Positions 1 to 6,750 of a stretch of 24,000 nt of DNA are shown here, in pieces; positions within the stretch are counted from its first letter, which is position 1; each line of letters begins with the position of its first letter. This stretch comes from Polaromonas sp. (GTDB taxonomy: Bacteria; Pseudomonadota; Gammaproteobacteria; Burkholderiales; Burkholderiaceae_C). Where the stretch lies: contig JBASFP010000087.1 of NCBI GenBank assembly GCA_049653085.1, forward strand, positions 75,418-99,417, in the 5' to 3' direction. Made by a program: the position numbers and the translations under genes. Below the pieces are notes generated by a model. The model saw nothing but the letters and a program-made list of their open reading frames with translations. It ran no database searches and was not told the DNA's origin.

Positions 1-138
1 CCCGAGATTGGCCGCAAGCTGTTTATATCGCCGCATACCGTCAAAAGTCATGTCAAAAACATTTACCGAAAGCTGGAAACCCACTCTCGGCAAGACGCGG
101 TGCTGGTGGCGCGCCAGCGTGGGTTGATTCATCCATGA
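1..138 (+). CDS. LuxR/NarL-family response regulator, C-terminal HTH fragment (5' end outside window)
   Basis: Frame 1 reads PEIGRKLFISPHTVKSHVKNIYRKLETHSRQDAVLVARQRGLIHP*, a GerE/LuxR-type HTH. The stop TGA 136-138 overlaps the ATG at 135 of the next gene (ATGA). Confidence 0.85.
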   Translation, partial: PEIGRKLFISPHTVKSHVKNIYRKLETHSRQDAVLVARQRGLIHP

Positions 139-1991
139 GGGCGCTGCGCTGTTTGCTGTGGGTCAGCCTGTGGCTTTGCGCTAGCCTGGCGCAGGCCGAG
201 GCGTGGCAACCCGGCCAGAGCTTGACCATTACGCAGATGGAATTCGTCAAGTCAGACGCGACCGAGCCGCCAACACAGGGTTGGCAGCCGCAGAGCCTGC
301 CTGACAGTTGGCGGGTGTCGCGGCGTGGTGCTTCGGGCTACGGCTGGTACCGCATCAAGCTCACCCTGGCAGAGCAGCCCACCAGTGCCATCGGCCTGCT
401 GATCAGCATGGTCGGCACGACCTATGCGGTTTATGTCAATGGGGTGGAGGTTGGCGATGGCGGTGGCATGACCGGAAACATTCAGCGCAACGGCAGCCAG
501 CCGCAATATGTCTCTGTCGCGCCGCAAGTCTTCAAGCCGGGTGACAACTGGCTGCATGTGCGACTGCGGGTGGCGTCCAACCTGCGCGGCGGCATGACGC
601 CGCTGCTGATCGGCTCGCGCAGCGAGGTGGAGGCGCAGTTTGACAGCGCGTTTTTCAGGCGTGTCACGCTTAGCCGCTCTGCCAATGTGGTGCTGATCGT
701 GGCAGGCCTGATCGTCGGGCTGCTGTGGCTGCGCCGCCCGGCGCAGGTGATTTACGGCTACTTTGCAGGGCTGGCGGTGCTGTGGTCACTGCGTAACTTT
801 CACTACACCTACAGCGGCGGCGGCATCCCGTCGCGCCTGTGGGAGGCTTTTATTTTGGGCAGTCTGGGCGTGATTGGCCTGTTGTTGCTGCTCTTCATGC
901 TGCGACTGACGCAGCGTGCCCTGCCGCGCACCGAGCGGGCGGCCAAATGGATTTTTCTGTCGATACCTGTGTTGTTTTTGCTGCTGGGGGAGCAGGTCAT
1001 GAGCCAGCTGCGGCTGGTCTGGTACGGGCTGTGTGTGGCCATGCTGGTCAGCATCATTGTTATTTTGGTGCAGCACCTGCGCCAGCCAGCAGCGCGGCGC
1101 GAACCGGGGCCCTGGGTAATTTTGGCGGCGCTGCAGCTCACGCTTGGTCTGGGTCTGCACGACTACGCGGTGTCCAGCAATTTGCTGCCTTACGGCTCGG
1201 CGGCCATGATGGCGTTTGGTGCGCCAGTGCTGTTAGCGTCACTGGTGTTCGCATTGGCCAGTCAGTACTTTATAGCGTTGGAGGCGACAGAAAAGCTCAA
1301 CGCGACACTCGAGCAAAAAGTGCGAGAGCGCACCGATGTCCTGCAACAGACCTACGACCGCATGGCCGAGCTGCAGCGCGTGGCCGCTGTCGCCACCGAG
1401 CGCGAGCGCCTGATGCGCGACATTCATGACGGTGTAGGCTCGCAGTTGATCAGCGCCAAAGTGGGCATTGCACAAGGTGATTTGTCGCACGGCGATGCGG
1501 CTGGCCTGATAGACCAGTGCATTGACGACCTGCGGCTGGTGATGGACTCTCTCGACCCGGAGCAGCGCCACGTGGCCGACGCACTGGCCACCTTGCGCCA
1601 CAGGTTGCAGCCCAAGCTGGCGGCGGTGGGTATTGAGTCCAACTGGCACATCAGCCAACACCCCGTGCCGCTCGGGCCCGGTGCCTTGCTGGACGTGGTG
1701 CGCATCGTGCAGGAGGCGCTGACCAATGTGCTCAAGCACGCGCGCGCAAGCCTTGTAGACGTGCGGTTTGAAGCCGGCCCCGAGGCAAACGGTGAGTTAT
1801 GGCAACTCACCATCCGCGACAACGGCTGCGGCTTTACCGAGCCGCCTGAGCCAGCACCCGGCCAAGGTACACAGGCCAAGCGCGGCCTCACCAACATGCG
1901 CCGCCGCGCCGCCAAGCTTGGCGCCAGCCTGGTGTTGCAAAGCGCATCGCCCACAGGCACGGTGCTGGTGGTGCGCTGCCCGGCGGCGTAA
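135..1991 (+). CDS. Sensor histidine kinase: signal peptide, extracellular 7TMR-DISM-like domain, 7 TM helices, HisKA_3 and HATPase_c (NarX/DegS class)
   Basis: N-terminus MRALRCLLWVSLWLCASLAQAEA looks like a signal peptide. About seven hydrophobic helices lie between aa 190-400. H-box RERLMRDIHDGVGSQL (His codon 1425-1427). ATPase motifs EALTNVLKHA, DNGCGF and GLTNMRRRA. Coupled to the upstream LuxR-type regulator by the ATGA overlap. Confidence 0.9.
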   Translation: MRALRCLLWVSLWLCASLAQAEAWQPGQSLTITQMEFVKSDATEPPTQGWQPQSLPDSWRVSRRGASGYGWYRIKLTLAEQPTSAIGLLISMVGTTYAVYVNGVEVGDGGGMTGNIQRNGSQPQYVSVAPQVFKPGDNWLHVRLRVASNLRGGMTPLLIGSRSEVEAQFDSAFFRRVTLSRSANVVLIVAGLIVGLLWLRRPAQVIYGYFAGLAVLWSLRNFHYTYSGGGIPSRLWEAFILGSLGVIGLLLLLFMLRLTQRALPRTERAAKWIFLSIPVLFLLLGEQVMSQLRLVWYGLCVAMLVSIIVILVQHLRQPAARREPGPWVILAALQLTLGLGLHDYAVSSNLLPYGSAAMMAFGAPVLLASLVFALASQYFIALEATEKLNATLEQKVRERTDVLQQTYDRMAELQRVAAVATERERLMRDIHDGVGSQLISAKVGIAQGDLSHGDAAGLIDQCIDDLRLVMDSLDPEQRHVADALATLRHRLQPKLAAVGIESNWHISQHPVPLGPGALLDVVRIVQEALTNVLKHARASLVDVRFEAGPEANGELWQLTIRDNGCGFTEPPEPAPGQGTQAKRGLTNMRRRAAKLGASLVLQSASPTGTVLVVRCPAA

Positions 1992-2102
1992 AGAACTATT
2001 CAAAAAACCTGCGAAATACCCCCATCGGGGGATGGCAGCTTGCGGTTGCGATGCGTAAAGTTTGGTGTCATCTGTAACCCAACCTTTGAACTGGAGAGAT
2101 TG

Positions 2103-2726
2103 ATGAAAGCTTTACACCGCACACTTTTTTCTTTGGCTGCCGTAGCGGGTTTTTGCCTGCCGCTTGCCGCGCAGGCTGAGGTGTTCGCCTCCGCAGGCAC
2201 GTTTGGCAGCTGCTTGACCAACGCGGGCGGAACGCCCGCTGCGCAGGGCTGTGTCAGCGGCGCCAGCAACCAGAAGGTGGACATGCCATTCGTGGCTGGC
2301 AACGCTTTTTACGGGCAGCTCAAAATTGACGGCAAATGCCTTGATGCGTCGGGTACTGCATTGGCTTTTGCCGCTTGCAAGAGCGGGGATGCACAAATCT
2401 GGAAGCTGGATGGCAACACTGGAAAGATCAACAACGGTTCTAACAACTGCGTCCTGGCCAGCGGTGGCACCGTCAAAACGGTGAATTGCGGCCAGGGCGG
2501 CACGGGCTTGACCTGGTGGAGTCAGGGTTCAACAAAGGTGAAGATCATTGCTGTCGCTGGCATGAAAACCGTCGCGGCAGGCACCAAACTTACCGTTTCA
2601 AACGGCAACTTCATGAACGGAAATCAAATTGTCGCGGGCGGCGCTGGCAATATCGTGGCTGGCGGCGCTGGCAACATTGTTGCGGGTGGTGCGGGCAACA
2701 TCGTGGCTGGCGGCGCGGGTAACTAA
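2103..2726 (+). CDS. Secreted ricin-B-like (beta-trefoil) lectin domain protein with a C-terminal (IVAGGAGN)x4 tail
   Basis: GGAGAG lies 5 nt upstream of ATG 2103. Signal peptide MKALHRTLFSLAAVAGFCLPLAAQA/EV. Three Cys-containing subrepeats with QxW-like motifs (NQKV, AQIW, LTWW). The ORF-track start at 2040 is rejected because it lacks an RBS and a signal peptide. Confidence 0.7.
   Translation: MKALHRTLFSLAAVAGFCLPLAAQAEVFASAGTFGSCLTNAGGTPAAQGCVSGASNQKVDMPFVAGNAFYGQLKIDGKCLDASGTALAFAACKSGDAQIWKLDGNTGKINNGSNNCVLASGGTVKTVNCGQGGTGLTWWSQGSTKVKIIAVAGMKTVAAGTKLTVSNGNFMNGNQIVAGGAGNIVAGGAGNIVAGGAGNIVAGGAGN
2628..2723 (+). repeat. Four tandem 24-nt coding repeats, each encoding IVAGGAGN, running directly into the stop codon
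   Basis: Units are att gtc gcg ggc ggc gct ggc aat / atc gtg gct ggc ggc gct ggc aac / att gtt gcg ggt ggt gcg ggc aac / atc gtg gct ggc ggc gcg ggt aac. All differences fall on third codon positions and are synonymous. Confidence 0.95.
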
Positions 2727-2744
2727 GCTCGATACCTCAAGCTC

Positions 2745-3089
2745 ATGGCTGCCGAAGAATCTGTCAAAGCACCGCTGTCCCACCGCATTGCACGGGTGGT
2801 GACCAAAGTCGTGGTGGCCATCTGCGTGCTGCTGGCGGTCATGATTTTTGCGGGCACTTACCTGGGCAAAAAAGACATTGATGAGCGGCCATTGCAAGTT
2901 GGCGAGGCGGTGTCTGTCAAAAACGCCAGCAAGGGCTGGCGGCCCGGTTTTATCCGCGCTATATCTGCTGATGGCAAATATGTGGTGGCGATGGGCGAGA
3001 CCCGTGACATTGCCGCTCGTCCACAAACCGATGTGCTGACACTCGACGGCACCGGGCGGCTCAAACGACGAAAAGAGGATGCACCATGA
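2745..3089 (+). CDS. Signal-anchored small protein with an SH3/Tudor-like beta-barrel (tentative); function unknown
   Basis: Hydrophobic anchor VVTKVVVAICVLLAVMIFAG. The segment LQVGEAVSVKNASKGWRPGFIRAISADGKYVVAMGE has an SH3/Tudor-like pattern. The stop overlaps the next ATG (ATGA at 3086-3089). Confidence 0.55.
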   Translation: MAAEESVKAPLSHRIARVVTKVVVAICVLLAVMIFAGTYLGKKDIDERPLQVGEAVSVKNASKGWRPGFIRAISADGKYVVAMGETRDIAARPQTDVLTLDGTGRLKRRKEDAP

Positions 3090-3451
3090 CATTGAACATC
3101 ATGTGGATTGCTGGCTGCTTATTGCTGGCTCCCTTGGCAGCCGCAGGCAAAACCAATTCCGCCTTGCAGTCGGGTCGCGTGTACACCTGTACCGAGCCAG
3201 GGTTCGGGCTGTTCACGGGTGCGTATTTCGGCATTGTGGACGGCAGTAGTTACCGCAACTTCGACGGCAAAACCGGGCGTTACAGCTTTGACGCATCGAC
3301 CGGTGTGCTGCGCATGACCAGCGGATCGTCAAAAGGCATGGCCTACAAACTGATGCCCCAGGGCAACTTCCGCGTATTGGGCGAAAAGGACAAGATCACC
3401 GGCGGCAACTGCGTGCATGCAACACAAAAGCGCATCGATGGCAAATGGTGA
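3086..3451 (+). CDS. Small secreted protein (two-Cys domain X); paralogous to the C-terminal half of 4110..4751
   Basis: Signal peptide MTLNIMWIAGCLLLAPLAAAG. By-eye alignment to the 4110 product shares G(R/K).Y.C ... S.YR...G..G.Y ... C with both Cys conserved. Confidence 0.6.
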   Translation: MTLNIMWIAGCLLLAPLAAAGKTNSALQSGRVYTCTEPGFGLFTGAYFGIVDGSSYRNFDGKTGRYSFDASTGVLRMTSGSSKGMAYKLMPQGNFRVLGEKDKITGGNCVHATQKRIDGKW

Positions 3452-3484
3452 TGTCCGGGATGTGGCTTCAACAAGATACGCGCC

Positions 3485-4081
3485 GTGAGCCCTGAAGAGC
3501 GCGAGTTTCTGCACCAGACCTCCATCCCGCTGCGCACGGCTAACCGCGTGCTGGTGTTGTATGTCACTTTACTGGCCGGGTTCTGGGGTGGCCACAAGTT
3601 TTTGCTGGGCGCGCGGCGTGAGGGCTGGTTGTATTTGCTGCTGAGCTGGACGTGCATTCCGCTACTGGCATCGCTGGGGGATTTTGTGGATCTGGTGCGC
3701 CAGCCCGCTATTGGCCAGGGGTTTTTGAAGCGGCGCTTGCTCAAGCGGCATGTGGCCGATAGGGACGTGATTGAACGTGCCACCTGGAAGCAACTGGGGC
3801 GAGTATTTGTTTTGTTCTTGCTGTTTGCAGCCATGTCAGTGTGGGTAACAAACCGAATGAACACGGGCCACGACAGCGTTGGCAGCCTGTGCCAGCAGAT
3901 CAAACCGGGTACAGCCAGCGCGGACGTGGTTGCATTTGCCTTAAGCAACGGCCTGCGAATGGGCAACGCCAAAGAAGGGTTCAACATTTTGAGTGACACC
4001 ACCACGATGGGGCGGCATAGCTGCCACGTGACGATTCAGAACGGGCGCGTGGAACGGTCTGAGCATTACTTTCTGGACTGA
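3485..4081 (+). CDS. TM2-domain membrane protein with a third TM helix and a small C-terminal soluble domain
   Basis: LLAGFWGGHKFLLGARREGWLYLLLSWTCIPLLASLGDFVDL matches the TM2 pattern (G.HRFYLG...G...LL). GTG start as in the ORF track; the exact start is uncertain. Confidence 0.6.
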   Translation: MSPEEREFLHQTSIPLRTANRVLVLYVTLLAGFWGGHKFLLGARREGWLYLLLSWTCIPLLASLGDFVDLVRQPAIGQGFLKRRLLKRHVADRDVIERATWKQLGRVFVLFLLFAAMSVWVTNRMNTGHDSVGSLCQQIKPGTASADVVAFALSNGLRMGNAKEGFNILSDTTTMGRHSCHVTIQNGRVERSEHYFLD

Positions 4082-4109
4082 CGCAACCCCCTTGAGGAAA
4101 CCCATCACC

Positions 4110-4751
4110 ATGACACCGCTTCAACCCGAGTCTGACCAACCCCTTGAACCGCAGACCTTCGCCCCTCTCCGGCCCGGTCGCTGGGTCGAACGGTTGATGC
4201 AATACCGCTATGCCGTGGTGATTGCGCTGGTTTTGTTGTTTGTCTTTGGCCAAAAAGCGATGGCACAAGAGTTCAAGTCAGCCGCAGACTGTGTGGTGGG
4301 CAAGCGTGTCGTCACCCGAGAAAAGCAGGCGGGCACGATTGTCAAGGCCGACGGCAGCAGTTGCCATGTCAAGCTGGACGCCACAGGCAAGACGGACTAC
4401 AACATTTTCTGGATGCTGAGAGCTGAAGGCGCGTCAGGCAAACCCGGCCAAGCAAACCCTGCCGCCGCCGCATCAGCCAGCAGCGGCTCACTGCCTCTTG
4501 GCAAATACCCCTGTTACATGCTGGCAGGCACGGTGCTGAACTACGCATTTATTGACATCCACATCGAAAGCAGCAGCCGTTACCGCGACAGCAAAGGCCA
4601 GTCGGGCAGCTACAAAATCGGTACAGACAACAAGATCACCTTTACCGGCCCGCTGGCCAGCGCCAATGGCAAGCTGTTGTCAGGCTCGCGCATTGGGCTG
4701 AACATGAATGGCGGCAGTTTTTACAACACCACTTGCAGCAAAAAAGCCTGA
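4110..4751 (+). CDS. Anchored/exported protein: SH3/Tudor-like segment, Ala/Ser/Pro linker, then domain X (fused equivalent of 2745 + 3086)
   Basis: GAGGAA lies 10 nt upstream of ATG 4110 (the ORF track uses TTG 4092). TM segment YAVVIALVLLFVFG followed by AMA/QE. VVGKRVVTREKQAGTIVKADGSSCHVKL resembles the 2745 product. The C-terminus GKYPCYML...SSRYRDSKGQSGSYKI...TTCSKK resembles the 3086 product. Confidence 0.6.
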   Translation: MTPLQPESDQPLEPQTFAPLRPGRWVERLMQYRYAVVIALVLLFVFGQKAMAQEFKSAADCVVGKRVVTREKQAGTIVKADGSSCHVKLDATGKTDYNIFWMLRAEGASGKPGQANPAAAASASSGSLPLGKYPCYMLAGTVLNYAFIDIHIESSSRYRDSKGQSGSYKIGTDNKITFTGPLASANGKLLSGSRIGLNMNGGSFYNTTCSKKA

Positions 4752-4780
4752 AAAGCTTCAATGACGACTATTTTTACATA

Positions 4781-4837
4781 TGTTTTAGGCCTTCAGCCCA
4801 ATAAATACGGGCGCAAGTAGCTCCTGAATTTATAGCG
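4781..4837 (+). repeat. Dispersed intergenic repeat, copy 1
   Basis: tgttttaggccttcagcccaataaatacgggcgcaagtagctcctgaatttatagcg. Shares the core AGCCCAATAAATACGGGCGCAAGCAGCT with four other sites. A TTTTTaCA motif lies about 10 nt upstream. Confidence 0.9.
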
Positions 4838-4911
4838 CCTTAGACCAAGCGCATTGCCGATTGTAAGAACCGACACGCTGGTGCGACTACTCCCCAGAGG
4901 AGTTATTCACC

Positions 4912-6750
4912 ATGAAGTCCACCCTGAAGTCATTACGCATCGCGGGCTCTGTGCTTGTTGCCGCCGCACTGGTCGGTGCGTTGTGGTTTTTGTATTCAAA
5001 AACCCAAAGCGCCGACTTTGCCAAAGAAAACCTGATCATTGCCGACCTGCGCGAGCTGGAAGCACTCGATGCCGAATGGACCACCGACTCGCTGCGCGCC
5101 AAGACCGGGATCAACCGCGTTTTTGCCGCGGGCCAAACCCCGTCTGAGCGAGTCACCAAAACATCCAGTCGCATTGCCAGCGCACTGAGCGCGCCAAACT
5201 TGGCTGATGCACAGGCCAAGTTTGCAACCGTTAACACCGTGCTGGCGCAAAAAACCGCCATCACCCAGCGCTTTGCCGAGCAAAACCGCATCCTGCGGGA
5301 GTCGCTGCTGTTTGTGACCGATGAAAGCGCCGACCTGCTGGCGTTGCTGCGCGTGCAACAGCGCGACGCCCTGGAGCTCAAAGGCGGCAAAGGCCTGCAA
5401 ACCGTGGCCGACTTGTCGGAGCTGGGTGTGCGCGTCAATGAGCTACTGACCGAAACCCTCAAGTACAACCTGCTGTCAGACCCGTCGGCGGTCAAGCGCA
5501 TTGAGTCCAACTTGACTGACGTGACAGCACTGTTGCCCATGTACCCGCCCTACCTGGCCGCGCCCGTCGAGGCGTTGATGGCCAAATTCAATGGTGTGCA
5601 GCGGATCAAGGCGGTTGAAGATGGTTTGCTCAATGAGATTGCCACCCTGCCGACCCAGCAGCGCATGGCCGACACAGAAAAAGCCCTGGTCGCCAACCGC
5701 CAGGCGCTGCAAAGCAGCACAGACTTTTACCGCACGCTGTTGATTGCTTATTCCGCCGCGCTGTTGGGGCTGATTGCCTGGTTTGCCTGGCGGCTGATAC
5801 ACAGCTATAGGTTGGTGCAGGCCACCAATGCACAGCTACAGGACGCCAATGAAAACCTGGAGCACCGCGTAACCGCCCGCACCACCGAGCTGCGTGATGC
5901 GCTGAGCCACCTCAAGGAGTCTGAAGCCGCCTTGATCCAGTCTGAAAAAATGTCATCCCTGGGCCAGATGATTGCTGGCGTGGCGCATGAAATCAACACG
6001 CCGCTGGCCTATGTGCGCAATGGCCTGCAGGTGCTTGACGAGCAACTGCCGCAAACCGCCAGCCTGCCTGTAGAAACCCGCAAACTGCTGGACTTGCTGG
6101 CACTCGGCGCGGCTGATGAAGACGAAGTTGCTATCCAGTACGCCAAGGTGCAAGAGCTCTGCGTGCTGGCTGAAAGTGGCCACGGCCCGGCGGAGCTGGC
6201 GGGCGTTATCAAAGACGGGATTTACGGCATTGAGCAGATATCCGAAATCGTCACCAACCTGAAAAACTTCAGCCGACTGGATCGCAGTAAAGTCGCGCAT
6301 TTCAGCGTTAACGATGGACTCGACAGCACTCTGGTGATTGCGCGCAATCTGGTCAAAGACAAACAAATCGAGAAAAGCTTTAACGACCAGGCTTTTGTGA
6401 CCGGCTCACCCTCACAGATGAACCAGGTGTTTTTAAACCTGATCTCCAACGCCGCGCAAGCCACGGGTGCCGATGGCGTGATCAGCCTGACGACCCGCCT
6501 GTCGGGTGACGATGTGGTGGTTGAGGTGGCCGATAACGGCAGTGGCATCCCGGCAGACGTGCTACCCAAAATTTTTGACCCGTTTTTTACCACCAAAAAA
6601 ATTGGCGAAGGCACAGGCTTGGGCTTGTCGATTGCCTACAAGATCATCACCGAGCATGGCGGCAAGATTGAGGTCGCCTCAACCGCCGGCAAAGGCACGC
6701 GCTTTACCATCACGCTACCAAAAGATGGGGTGGTGAACCATGTCGCTTGA
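4912..6750 (+). CDS. Transmembrane sensor histidine kinase: TM, ~250-aa helical periplasmic sensor, TM, coiled coil, HisKA, HATPase_c
   Basis: GAGGAG RBS before ATG 4912. TM1 IAGSVLVAAALVGALWFLY and TM2 LLIAYSAALLGLIAWFAWRLI. H-box MIAGVAHEINTPL (His codon 5986-5988). N-box FLNLISNAAQA, plus DNGSGIP and GEGTGLGLSIAY. Confidence 0.92.
   Translation: MKSTLKSLRIAGSVLVAAALVGALWFLYSKTQSADFAKENLIIADLRELEALDAEWTTDSLRAKTGINRVFAAGQTPSERVTKTSSRIASALSAPNLADAQAKFATVNTVLAQKTAITQRFAEQNRILRESLLFVTDESADLLALLRVQQRDALELKGGKGLQTVADLSELGVRVNELLTETLKYNLLSDPSAVKRIESNLTDVTALLPMYPPYLAAPVEALMAKFNGVQRIKAVEDGLLNEIATLPTQQRMADTEKALVANRQALQSSTDFYRTLLIAYSAALLGLIAWFAWRLIHSYRLVQATNAQLQDANENLEHRVTARTTELRDALSHLKESEAALIQSEKMSSLGQMIAGVAHEINTPLAYVRNGLQVLDEQLPQTASLPVETRKLLDLLALGAADEDEVAIQYAKVQELCVLAESGHGPAELAGVIKDGIYGIEQISEIVTNLKNFSRLDRSKVAHFSVNDGLDSTLVIARNLVKDKQIEKSFNDQAFVTGSPSQMNQVFLNLISNAAQATGADGVISLTTRLSGDDVVVEVADNGSGIPADVLPKIFDPFFTTKKIGEGTGLGLSIAYKIITEHGGKIEVASTAGKGTRFTITLPKDGVVNHVA

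Noticed and set aside
786-1960. Long antisense or off-frame ORFs inside the first kinase gene (786..1160-, 839..1429+, 1239..1739-, 1424..1960-). Similar shadows lie inside other genes, e.g. 4887..5540-, 5953..6366-, 8215..8568-, 21077..21565-, 21111..21665- and 23440..23895-.
   Set aside because: These are typical high-GC shadow ORFs. Their products are Arg/Ala/Pro/His-rich and low in complexity, have no recognisable motifs, and lie entirely within genes that have strong domain signatures.
2019-2031. CCCCC-atc-GGGGG hairpin after the first kinase gene as a terminator.
   Set aside because: The loop is only 3 nt and no U-tract follows, so the evidence is too weak to call.
2628-2723. The 24-bp tandem repeats as a possible mini-CRISPR or non-coding satellite.
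   Set aside because: There are no spacers. The repeats are in frame inside a well-supported ORF and vary only at synonymous sites.
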